A stretch of 25,926 bases of DNA from Candidatus Diapherotrites archaeon CG10_big_fil_rev_8_21_14_0_10_31_34. GTDB lineage: Archaea > Iainarchaeota > Iainarchaeia > Iainarchaeales > 1-14-0-10-31-34. Within the stretch, counting starts at the first letter, position 1. Every line of letters begins with the position of its first letter. Both the position numbers and the translations under genes were made by a program. The notes beneath the pieces were generated by a model. It saw nothing but the letters and a program-made list of their open reading frames with translations. It was not told where the DNA came from and did not search any database. The stretch spans positions 1-25,926 of the forward strand of contig PFAI01000030.1 in assembly GCA_002763225.1 (NCBI GenBank). Reading direction: 5' to 3'. Positions 8,582 through 19,025 of the stretch are shown here, in pieces.

Positions 8582-8914
8582 AAACCGCAAAAACCGCAAA
8601 TGACTGAAGAAGAAGCAGTCAGCAGAATCAAAATGCCAAAAAGAAAAGAACTGGAAATGTTTGCTGTAACAACACAATTAGTCGGCGGAGACAAGATTAA
8701 AGCATTATGCGAAGACGGAGTAGAAAGAGTTTGCAGGATTCCTGGAAAACTAAGAAAAAGAGTATGGATTAGAGACGGAGACTTAATTATAGTCAGATTA
8801 TGGGATTTCCAGCCAATCAAAGCAGATGTAGTTTGGAGATATATTAAAGTTCAGACAAACCACTTAAAGAAAAAAGGATTTCTGGATAAACTTCCAATAG
8901 AAGACGGATTCTAA
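8576..8914 (+). CDS. eif1a: Translation initiation factor aIF-1A
   Basis: CEDGVERVCRIPGKLRKRVWIRDGDLIIV..WDFQ..KADVVWRY; SD GGAGG before ATG 8576. Confidence 0.95.
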   Translation: MNKPQKPQMTEEEAVSRIKMPKRKELEMFAVTTQLVGGDKIKALCEDGVERVCRIPGKLRKRVWIRDGDLIIVRLWDFQPIKADVVWRYIKVQTNHLKKKGFLDKLPIEDGF

Positions 8915-9799
8915 ATGAAAAACAAGAAAGGAAAAGAAAATTACGAAAAAAACACTGAATTAAATAATTACGAAGAAGAAGCTGAAAAAAGAAAAAAAAA
9001 TGAAACAAACAACGAATTAAATAAATACGAACAAGAAACTGAAAGAGAAAAACAAGGGAAACGGTTTCCGCAAAAAAAAGTTTCAAAAACTTTTGATAAA
9101 GTTTTTGACAAAGAAACTTTAGACACAATCCATAAAATATCTACGGCAGGTTTATTTGATGTATTAGAGTTTGTGATTTCAACCGGAAAAGAAGCATATG
9201 TTTTTAGATCAACAGACAAAGGCGGAAATTTTCGCGCAGTAAAAATCTACAAAACTTTGACTTCAGATTTTCATAACATGACAAAATACATTGAAGGCGA
9301 CAAACGGTTTAAAAATATTCCAAAAGAAAAAAAAGAAATAGTAATTGAATGGACAAAAAAAGAATTCAAAAATCTTGAAAAATTATCTAAAGCTTATGCA
9401 TCAGTTCCTTATCCAATCGGCTACAAAAACAATGTTTTGGTAATGGAGTTTATCGGAGAAAATGGAGAAGCAAGCAAAACCCTTAAAGAAGCAGGCGTAA
9501 AAGACATGGAAAATGCCTATCAACAAATAGTTGAATTTATTGCCAGAAGCTTTTATTTATCTAATTTAATTCACGCTGATTTAAGCGAATACAACATTTT
9601 AGTTAAAAATTTTGAAGGAAAAGAAAAATTAGTGGTAATTGACGTAGGACAAGCTGTATTGAAAAGTCATCCAAAAGCAGAAGAATTTTTGGGAAGAGAT
9701 CTGAGAAACATTTCAAATTATTTTTCAAAAAAAGGCTTTGAAAAAAGCGAAGAAGAATTAAGAAAAGACATTAGAAAATGGAAAGAAAAATTGGTTTGA
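8915..9799 (+). CDS. rio1: RIO1 atypical Ser/Thr kinase/ATPase (small-subunit biogenesis)
   Basis: ISTGKEAYVF, AVKIY, IHADLSEYNIL, IDVGQAV; conserved position after aIF-1A. Confidence 0.96.
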   Translation: MKNKKGKENYEKNTELNNYEEEAEKRKKNETNNELNKYEQETEREKQGKRFPQKKVSKTFDKVFDKETLDTIHKISTAGLFDVLEFVISTGKEAYVFRSTDKGGNFRAVKIYKTLTSDFHNMTKYIEGDKRFKNIPKEKKEIVIEWTKKEFKNLEKLSKAYASVPYPIGYKNNVLVMEFIGENGEASKTLKEAGVKDMENAYQQIVEFIARSFYLSNLIHADLSEYNILVKNFEGKEKLVVIDVGQAVLKSHPKAEEFLGRDLRNISNYFSKKGFEKSEEELRKDIRKWKEKLV

Positions 9800-9854
9800 T
9801 CAGAGGCAGCCTACACCAAATACAAATAAATACAATTTATTAATCAATTTCTTA

Positions 9855-10376
9855 ATGATTTTTGAAATTGATGTTAGTGGCTCAGATATCCTAAACAAAG
9901 ATACTGTAATAATGGTTGCAGAAAGAAATAATGAAAATATAATGCTTGGCTTCAAAATGACTAAAGAAATAAGGGACACGATTCTTTCAAGGCACGGGCA
10001 AGGGAAATACAAATACCAAAAATCTAACAAAGGCAAAGCCGACTTAAAAACAAGAGTTTATTGTGCGGCAATATATTTAATTTTTAAGGAATTAAAAAGA
10101 CGACACAACATTAAAGAAGTTTCTTTGGAAATTTGCAGGGATTTATCTGGAAGAGAAAAACAAATTAAAGAAATGTTGAAGCAATTACTTGGAACAAAAA
10201 ACAGCAAAAGAGGGCTTGGCTTAAACATTACCGGAATACATTTCACAGAATTAATTAAAGGAAAAAGTTTAGCTGATGAATACGCTTATTTTTTAAGAAG
10301 AGACAGAGTAAACAAACTCACAAATATTTCATGCAAAATTGACTTAGAAGATATTGAAAGTTTCCTAAAACATTAA
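9855..10376 (+). CDS. Hypothetical protein, putative RNase H-fold (DUF3800-like) nuclease
   Basis: Acidic motifs FEIDVSG (N-terminal strand), LEICRD (middle), SLADEYAY (C-terminal helix), spaced like DUF3800 IDESG...D...QLAD; family call is inference. Confidence 0.6.
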   Translation: MIFEIDVSGSDILNKDTVIMVAERNNENIMLGFKMTKEIRDTILSRHGQGKYKYQKSNKGKADLKTRVYCAAIYLIFKELKRRHNIKEVSLEICRDLSGREKQIKEMLKQLLGTKNSKRGLGLNITGIHFTELIKGKSLADEYAYFLRRDRVNKLTNISCKIDLEDIESFLKH

Positions 10377-10474
10377 AAAAATAGAAGTGCGACAAGAACC
10401 TCCACTAAAGGAAATTGAAACTCCTATTCTGCCCTTCAGGACTGGTTACCTGCCGAACTCGATAGCAATGCCAC
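10375..10474 (-). ncRNA. Putative ~100-nt structured ncRNA convergent with the 9855-10376 gene
   Basis: GC-enriched non-coding island; BRE-TATA upstream; 7-T run at the 3' end; end pairing GTGGCA/TGTCGC; hairpins GTCC-TGAA-GGGC and AGGAG-TTTCAAT-TTCCT. Confidence 0.6.
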
Positions 10475-10496
10475 GAATACATTGTATACAAACTTC

Positions 10497-10512
10497 TATT
10501 TAAATTTTGCCC
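10497..10512 (-). promoter_or_regulatory. BRE-TATA driving the putative ncRNA
   Basis: Minus strand GGGCAAAA-TTTAAATA, predicting a start near 10474. Confidence 0.6.
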
Positions 10513-10671
10513 ATTTTTAAAGCTTTTGTTTCTGAAAAATCTTAGACTAAAACAAGAATATAAAGGTTTTCTTGTATTATTGTAGTATCAGCGCCAATAA
10601 AATCCTGTTTTTAATTGGCTAATTTGCTTGATTTTTTGATCAAGCTTTTTTAGGAAAAAAAGGTTGTTTTT

Positions 10672-11190
10672 GTGCAAGAATATTTAAAGATACCAAAGGA
10701 CAGAATAGCTGTTTTAATCGGAAGAAAAGGCGAAACAAAAACAAAAATAGAAAAACTAACTGAAACTAAACTTGAAGTGGATTCAGAAAACGGGGAAATA
10801 GATGTTGAAGGAGAAAAAGCATTAGATTTTTATATTTCACTAAACATAATTAAAGCTATTGCCCGAGGTTTTTCTCCAGAACACGCTTTTATGCTAAAAG
10901 AAGAAAATTACTTCCTTGAAATAATTGATTTAAAAGAAAAATTAGGCAAAAACGATAAATTAATTCAGCAAAAAAAAGGAAGAGTAATAGGAAAAGCAGG
11001 AAAAACAAGAAAAGAAATAGAAGAGCAAACTGAAACATTTATTTCAGTGTATGGAAAAACAATCGGGATAATTGGGAAAGAACAAGGAATAGAAAAAGCA
11101 AGAAATGTAATTGAAATGCTGTTAAAAGGAGCATCCCATTCAACTGCAGAATCATTTTTATTTAAAAAAGAAAAAGAACTTGAAATATAA
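10672..11190 (+). CDS. KH-domain pre-rRNA processing protein (aDim2/Pno1-like)
   Basis: IPKDRIAVLIGRKG, AIARGFSPE, KGRVIGKAGKT, ISVYGKT; usual neighbour of rio1. Confidence 0.94.
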   Translation: MQEYLKIPKDRIAVLIGRKGETKTKIEKLTETKLEVDSENGEIDVEGEKALDFYISLNIIKAIARGFSPEHAFMLKEENYFLEIIDLKEKLGKNDKLIQQKKGRVIGKAGKTRKEIEEQTETFISVYGKTIGIIGKEQGIEKARNVIEMLLKGASHSTAESFLFKKEKELEI

Positions 11191-11256
11191 AAAAGAAAGA
11201 AAATAAAGAAAACAAAAAAATTCAAAAAAGAAATAGATATTTAAAATTGTGATAAA

Positions 11257-13059
11257 ATGGCAGAACCAGAAAAAACAAAAATAAAAGAAACTCCTAAAAC
11301 ACCGGAAGAAAAAAAAGTTAATGGGGAAATTCAGAAAATAAAGCCAAAAGAGATTTCAGCTGAAACACTGGCAAAAGAATTCAAAGAACATTCAGTCGCA
11401 GAATTCTTCAAAAAAAATCAGCAAATGCTTGGATTAAGCGGAAAAATCAGAACATTAACAACAATAATCCACGAATATGTAACTAATTCAATTGATGCAT
11501 GCGAGTCAGCAAACATTCTTCCTGAAATAGATATTAAAGTTCAGGAACTGGGAAGCGAATATTACGAAATTACAGTAAAAGACAACGGCCCGGGATTAAC
11601 AAAAAACACGGTTGGAAAAGCTTTAGGGCAATTATTAGCAGGAACAAAATTTCATAGAATGGTTCAGTCAAGAGGACAACAAGGAATTGGTGCAGCAGGA
11701 GCAACAATGTATGCCCAGACAACAACCGGAAAACCAGTTAAAGTAATTTCCGGAACAGGAAACGGAAAAGCGTTTTCCCTTGAATTAACTATTGATCCAA
11801 AACAAAATGAACCAAAAATAGAAAACATGCAGGATATAGATAAAGAATTTAAAGGCTTGGCAATCCAGGCAAAAATAAAGGATGTAACTTACAGAATTTC
11901 AGAGCAAGGACCCTTGGAATATATCAGAAGAACTGCAATAGCCAATCCTCATGTTCAAATAAGTTTAACTGACCCAACAGGACAAAAAACTTTGTTCAAA
12001 AGAAGCTCTGATAAAATCCCTGATGCGCCAAAAGAAATGCAGCCTCATCCAAAAGGAGTAACAGTAGATGAAGTAGTTACAATGGCAAAATATTCTGATG
12101 CAAGAAAAGTTGGTTCATTTTTAAAAAGCTCTTTTGACAGAATGGGAGACAAAGCAGTACAAGAAATAACTAAAATGGTTTCATTTGACATGAACATGGA
12201 CCCAAAAAAAATGGAGTGGAGTGACGCAGAAGAAATAATTAAAGCAATTAAAACAATCAGTTTTATTGCTCCGACAACAGAAGGATTAAGCCCAATAGGA
12301 GAAGACCAAATAGAAAACTCATTGACATCAATTGTTCAGCCTGAATTCCTAAAAGTAATTACAAGAAAGCCTCAAGTGTATAAAGGAGGATTTCCTTTCC
12401 AAGTAGAAGTTGCAGTAGCTTTTGGAGGAAACGCAGGAAGAGCTTCTTCAAACGGCGGAACAGAAGGAGAAACATTAAAAAGAATGGAAGTAATGCGTTT
12501 TGCAAACAAAGTGCCATTGCTTTTTGACGGCGGAGGCTGTGCAATAACAAAAGCAGTTCAGACAATTGACTGGAAAAGATATGGAATACAAAATATTGAT
12601 GATGCACCATTAACTGTTTTTATTAATGTGATTTCAGTTCATATTCCTTATACTTCAGCAGGAAAACAGGCAATTTCAGATGAACCAGAAGTATTAGAAG
12701 AAATTCGCTTAGCTTTAATGGATTCAGGAAGAAAGATTGCAAGACATATTATTGGAAAAAAGAAATTAAAAGAAAAAGAAGCAAAGAAAAGGACTTACTT
12801 AAAATATGCAGTTGAAGTTGCTTATGCAATAGGAGAACTTACAGGCAAGAAAAAAGAAGAAATACAAAAAAAACTGCATGACATTGTTTTAAAGAGATTA
12901 AAGTTAGAGGAAAAAGAAGAACAAAAAGAATTAAGCGACGACGAAGTAGACAAAGAAATAGAAAAAGAAACAAAAAAAATTCAGAAAACAGAAGAAAAAA
13001 AGAAAGGAAAAAAAGAGAAAATAAAAGGAATAAAAAAAGTGAAAAAAGAAAAAGAATAA
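11257..13059 (+). CDS. top6B: DNA topoisomerase VI subunit B
   Basis: GHKL motifs HEYVTNSIDA, DNGPG, SRGQQGIG; RFANKVPLL; charged C-terminal tail. Confidence 0.97.
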   Translation: MAEPEKTKIKETPKTPEEKKVNGEIQKIKPKEISAETLAKEFKEHSVAEFFKKNQQMLGLSGKIRTLTTIIHEYVTNSIDACESANILPEIDIKVQELGSEYYEITVKDNGPGLTKNTVGKALGQLLAGTKFHRMVQSRGQQGIGAAGATMYAQTTTGKPVKVISGTGNGKAFSLELTIDPKQNEPKIENMQDIDKEFKGLAIQAKIKDVTYRISEQGPLEYIRRTAIANPHVQISLTDPTGQKTLFKRSSDKIPDAPKEMQPHPKGVTVDEVVTMAKYSDARKVGSFLKSSFDRMGDKAVQEITKMVSFDMNMDPKKMEWSDAEEIIKAIKTISFIAPTTEGLSPIGEDQIENSLTSIVQPEFLKVITRKPQVYKGGFPFQVEVAVAFGGNAGRASSNGGTEGETLKRMEVMRFANKVPLLFDGGGCAITKAVQTIDWKRYGIQNIDDAPLTVFINVISVHIPYTSAGKQAISDEPEVLEEIRLALMDSGRKIARHIIGKKKLKEKEAKKRTYLKYAVEVAYAIGELTGKKKEEIQKKLHDIVLKRLKLEEKEEQKELSDDEVDKEIEKETKKIQKTEEKKKGKKEKIKGIKKVKKEKE

Positions 13060-13215
13060 TTTGAGAAAAAATGGAAGAAAAAATTGGGAGAAAAAGATTA
13101 AAAAATAAAACAAAAAAAAGGGACAAAACAGGAAAAAAAGAATAAAAAAATTAACTTAAAAAAATAGAAATGAAAAAAAATTGGAGAAAAAAAAATTAAA
13201 TAATTGGTGTGTTAA

Positions 13216-14313
13216 ATGACTTCAAAAAAAGACAAGGAAGTAATCCAGAGATTAAAAGAAGCAGGAATAGATATTTATTCTCAGATAAACAAAGGAAATG
13301 ATCCCACTTATGAACTGCCTGTAAGAAGTTTAAACAATGTTTTCTTTGACCAGAAAACAAAAACAATTAAGTTAGGCGACAAAAAAAGCACCAGAAATTT
13401 TTTGAATATTGCTCACACAAGAAAATTCATGCAGACAATGCTTATTGCATCAGAACTCAAAAAAGTAATTGAAGAAGAAGCAACTGTTTCAATCAGAGAC
13501 CTGTATTATGCATTAAAGCACACAATTGAAGGAACAGAAGAAAACACTTTTGAAAATCAAGGAGAATCAGATCCAATAATTGAAGACCTTGAATCATCAT
13601 TGAATTTACTTAGAGAAGAACTTCATTTAGCTGCTTCAAGCAAAGGAGTAATTTCCGGAAGCATGAAAATCAAAGACGGAAAAGACACAATTGACTTAGC
13701 TAAAATGGGTTCTGGAGGATGGGGGGTTCCATCAAATGTAGAACCAGATAAAATTGAAATAAAAGACTTGAGTGCAGAATATGTTTTGTTCATAGAAAAA
13801 GATGCTGTATGGAAAAGATTTAATGAAGACAAATACTGGCAGAAACATAACTGTATTATTATTACAGGAAGAGGACAGCCTTCAAGAGCAGAAAGAAGAT
13901 TTGTACAAAGACTGAACAAAGAACACAAGCTTCCGGTTTTTGCTTTAATGGATGCAGACCCATGGGGGATGTATATTTATTCAGTAATAAAACAAGGAAG
14001 TATTTCTTTGAGTTACTCAGAAGAAAAACTGGCTACTCCAGACACAAAATACGTCGGGTTAACTGTTTCTGATGTTGAAACATTTAAAATCCCAAAAGAA
14101 GTAACCATTAAATTAAACAAATTAGATATAAAAAGATTAAATGAAATGAAAAACTATGACTGGTTTAAGAAAAAAGAATGGCAGAATGAATTCAATTTAA
14201 TGAAAGAAAAATCCATTAAAATGGAATTAGAAGCATTAAGCAAAAAAGGAATCAGATTTATAACAGAAGAATATCTACCACAAAAAATCAAATCAAAAGA
14301 TTTTTTGCCTTAA
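13216..14313 (+). CDS. top6A: DNA topoisomerase VI subunit A
   Basis: RDLYY catalytic Tyr region, toprim IEKDA and DADPWG, KMELEAL; follows top6B. Confidence 0.97.
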   Translation: MTSKKDKEVIQRLKEAGIDIYSQINKGNDPTYELPVRSLNNVFFDQKTKTIKLGDKKSTRNFLNIAHTRKFMQTMLIASELKKVIEEEATVSIRDLYYALKHTIEGTEENTFENQGESDPIIEDLESSLNLLREELHLAASSKGVISGSMKIKDGKDTIDLAKMGSGGWGVPSNVEPDKIEIKDLSAEYVLFIEKDAVWKRFNEDKYWQKHNCIIITGRGQPSRAERRFVQRLNKEHKLPVFALMDADPWGMYIYSVIKQGSISLSYSEEKLATPDTKYVGLTVSDVETFKIPKEVTIKLNKLDIKRLNEMKNYDWFKKKEWQNEFNLMKEKSIKMELEALSKKGIRFITEEYLPQKIKSKDFLP

Positions 14314-14365
14314 AACTGTTTTTAAAGCTTTGAAAAATAAAAGGCTTTTGCTTCAATTTTAATGC

Positions 14366-15070
14366 ATGATAAAAGAAATAAAGAAAGAAATCAAAGAAAA
14401 AGAAAATAAAGAAAAAGCTAGAATTCTTCAAGGGTTTTTTAAAACAGGAAAAGGGCAGTACGGCGAAGGAGATATTTTTTTGGGTTTAAGCGTCGGAGAA
14501 ACAAGAACAATTGCAAAAAAACATTTTGGAATTGCGTTAAATGAATTACAGCCATTACTTGAATCAAAAATCCATGAAGAAAGATTATGCGCTTTATTAA
14601 TTTTAGTTGAAAAATTCAGGAAATCAGAAGAAAAAGAAAAAAAACAAATCATAGATTTTTATTTGAATAATACTAAAAACATTAATAACTGGGATTTAGT
14701 TGATTTATCTGCAGACAAGATTTTAGGAGAATTTTTGTTTGACAAAAACAAAGATGTTTTGTTTAAGTTGGCTAAATCAAATAAGTTATGGGAAAAAAGG
14801 ATTTCAGTTTTATCAACTTATGCGTTTATCAAAAGAAACAGATTTAAAGAAACACTTGAAATATCAGGGTTGTTGCTGAAAGATGAACATGACTTGATTC
14901 AGAAAGCAATTGGCTGGATGCTGAGAGAAATTGGAAAAAGAAATTTGAAAACAGAAGAAAAGTTTTTGAAAAAACACTATAAAAAAATGCCCAGAACAAT
15001 GCTAAGATATGCAATAGAAAAGTTTCCTGAAACAAAAAGAAAAGCTTATTTAAAAGGAAAAATAAAGTAA
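14366..15070 (+). CDS. DNA alkylation repair protein, AlkD-like HEAT-repeat glycosylase family
   Basis: FFKTGKGQYGEGD, NNWDLVD, LWEKR, QKAIGWMLREIGKR, MPRTMLRYAIEK. Confidence 0.9.
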   Translation: MIKEIKKEIKEKENKEKARILQGFFKTGKGQYGEGDIFLGLSVGETRTIAKKHFGIALNELQPLLESKIHEERLCALLILVEKFRKSEEKEKKQIIDFYLNNTKNINNWDLVDLSADKILGEFLFDKNKDVLFKLAKSNKLWEKRISVLSTYAFIKRNRFKETLEISGLLLKDEHDLIQKAIGWMLREIGKRNLKTEEKFLKKHYKKMPRTMLRYAIEKFPETKRKAYLKGKIK

Positions 15071-15128
15071 TTCCTTTTTCAGAGAAACCATTACTCTTTT
15101 AAATTTCAGCTGTGTATTTTAGTGTATT

Positions 15129-15371
15129 ATGCTGTATGGAATAAGCTTTTTTTCGCTGAGTAAAGTAAAAATAGGAATTTTTCTGTTTTTTGTTTTAAGT
15201 TACTTTAGTCTGGCTTATAAAAATGTGTTAGAAAATGAATTTGTTGACTGGTCTCCGCCAGAATACTTTATTCTTTCACTCATTTTTATTATTATAGTGT
15301 CATATGTATTTGCAGCATTCTTAGAATATTTTTATTATAAGGTGAGAAGGAAATGGCCGAGATGGTTTTAG
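15129..15371 (+). CDS. Small hypothetical membrane protein (2 TM)
   Basis: 80 aa, two hydrophobic segments, basic C-terminus; fills the gap and overlaps the cutA start. Confidence 0.55.
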   Translation: MLYGISFFSLSKVKIGIFLFFVLSYFSLAYKNVLENEFVDWSPPEYFILSLIFIIIVSYVFAAFLEYFYYKVRRKWPRWF

Positions 15372-15682
15372 GATATATTCCTTGCAAAAACAAAAAAGAA
15401 GCAGAAAAAATAGGAAAACAATTAGTGGAAAGAAAATTAGTGGCTTGTGCTAATGTAATTCCTGAAATCAGTTCATGCTATAGATTTGAAGAAAAATTAT
15501 GCCAAGAAAGTGAAGCATTATTACTGTTTAAAACAATTAAATCAAAAAAAGTTTTTATTAAAAATGCAGTGAAAAAAATGCATTCCTATAAACTGCCTTG
15601 TATTGCGTTCATTAAATTTGATGATGTAAACAAAGAATACGAATTATGGGTCAAAAAACAAGTTTTGAGTGGATTAATATGA
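15353..15682 (+). CDS. cutA: Divalent-cation tolerance protein CutA
   Basis: LVERKLVACANV, ESEALLLFKT, HSYKLPCI; SD AGGTGA. Confidence 0.92.
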   Translation: MAEMVLGYIPCKNKKEAEKIGKQLVERKLVACANVIPEISSCYRFEEKLCQESEALLLFKTIKSKKVFIKNAVKKMHSYKLPCIAFIKFDDVNKEYELWVKKQVLSGLI

Positions 15683-17058
15683 AAGGATTAGATTACTTTT
15701 TTTTTCCAAAAAAAGTTGCAGTAATTGGCGCATCAGAAAAAGCAAATAAAATAGGCAATGTAATCATGAAAAACATGATTAAAGCCGGCTTTAAAGGAAA
15801 ATTAATTCCTGTTAACCCTAAAACAAAAAAAATCCTGGGAAAAAAATGTGTTAAAACAGTTAAAGAAATAAATAACTTAGATTTAGCGGTAATTGCTGTT
15901 CCAGCCAAAATTGTTCCAAAAATAATCAGGGAATGCGGGCAGGCAAAAACTAAAGCAGTAATAATTGTTTCAGCAGGATTTAATGAAGTAGGAAACATGA
16001 CTGTAACAAAAGAGTTGTTTAAAGCAATGCAGGAGTTTCCTGACATGAGAGTTTTAGGGCCAAACTGTTTAGGCATTTTACACGTAAAAAAAGGGATTGA
16101 CACTTTATTTTTGCCTTATGAAAGGCTTGGAAGAACGCCTCATGGAAGAATCAGTTTTGCTTCACAGTCAGGCGCAGTTGGAAGCACTTTAATTGACTGG
16201 GCATCAATGAAAAGTTATGGAATCAATAAATTCATTTCTTTTGGAAACGCATTAGATGTAAATGTAACTGAATTACTAGAATATTTAAACAAAGACAAGG
16301 AAACAAAAGTTATTTGTTTGTATATTGAAGGACTAGAAGAAGGAAGAAAATTACTGAAAACAGGAAAAAAAGTTTCAAAAAACACTCCAATTGTAGTGTT
16401 AAAAGGAGGAGTAACTGAAGCAGGAAAAACTGCAGCTGTTTCTCATACAGGAAGCATTGCAGGAGAAGCAAGAGTGGTTAAAGCAGCATTTAAGCAAAGC
16501 CATATGGTTGAAGCAAAAAGCTTTGAACAATTATTTAATTTTGCCAGAGTTTTATCTAATGAGCCTTTAACCAAAGGAAAAAAAGTCCAGATTATAACTG
16601 ACGGAGGAGGCTATGCAGTTTTAGCTGCAGATGCATTAATTGAAAATGGATTAGAATTAGCTTTAATGGAAAAAAAGAATTTGAATTCACTGAAAAAAAT
16701 TGTTCCTGTTTTTGCAGAACTAAAAAATGTAATTGATTTAACCGGAGACGCAACAACAGAAATGTACAAAAAAGCAACTGAATTAGCATTAAAAGACAAA
16801 AACATTGACATGATTTTATTGATTGTATTGTTTCCCCCGCCATTATTAGACAAAAATATTGTGTATGAAATAATTAAACTGCATAAAAAACAAATTAAGC
16901 CAATTATAGTGGTTTCTGCTTCAGGAAATTACACTGAAAGCCAGAAAAAAATAATGGAAAAACAATTTGTTCCAACATTTACTTTTCCAAAAGACGCGGC
17001 AGAATCACTTAAAGCATTATATGATTATTCTTTGTTTAGAGGAAAAGTTAAAAGGTGA
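15679..17058 (+). CDS. acdA: Acetate-CoA ligase (ADP-forming) alpha subunit
   Basis: VAVIGAS CoA-binding fold, GPNCLG, SQSGA, phospho-His motif SHTGS; start reset to the ATGA overlap with the cutA stop. Confidence 0.88.
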   Translation: MKGLDYFFFPKKVAVIGASEKANKIGNVIMKNMIKAGFKGKLIPVNPKTKKILGKKCVKTVKEINNLDLAVIAVPAKIVPKIIRECGQAKTKAVIIVSAGFNEVGNMTVTKELFKAMQEFPDMRVLGPNCLGILHVKKGIDTLFLPYERLGRTPHGRISFASQSGAVGSTLIDWASMKSYGINKFISFGNALDVNVTELLEYLNKDKETKVICLYIEGLEEGRKLLKTGKKVSKNTPIVVLKGGVTEAGKTAAVSHTGSIAGEARVVKAAFKQSHMVEAKSFEQLFNFARVLSNEPLTKGKKVQIITDGGGYAVLAADALIENGLELALMEKKNLNSLKKIVPVFAELKNVIDLTGDATTEMYKKATELALKDKNIDMILLIVLFPPPLLDKNIVYEIIKLHKKQIKPIIVVSASGNYTESQKKIMEKQFVPTFTFPKDAAESLKALYDYSLFRGKVKR

Positions 17059-17062
17059 AGAA

Positions 17063-19015
<1,953 letters not shown>

Positions 19016-19025
19016 TGTTTCAGTT

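Noticed and set aside
10375..10474. A bona fide tRNA gene
   Set aside because: No proper D arm and anticodon arm spacing, no GTTCRA consensus, and extra sequence between the T-like arm and the 3' strand
12839..13126. Phe/Leu-rich minus-strand ORFs that look like membrane proteins
   Set aside because: Antisense shadows of A-rich Lys/Glu codons and a purine-rich spacer
15646..17062. ORF-track starts at 15646 (acdA) and 16967 (acs)
   Set aside because: They create long overlaps; ATGA coupling at 15679 and the SD before 17063 fit better
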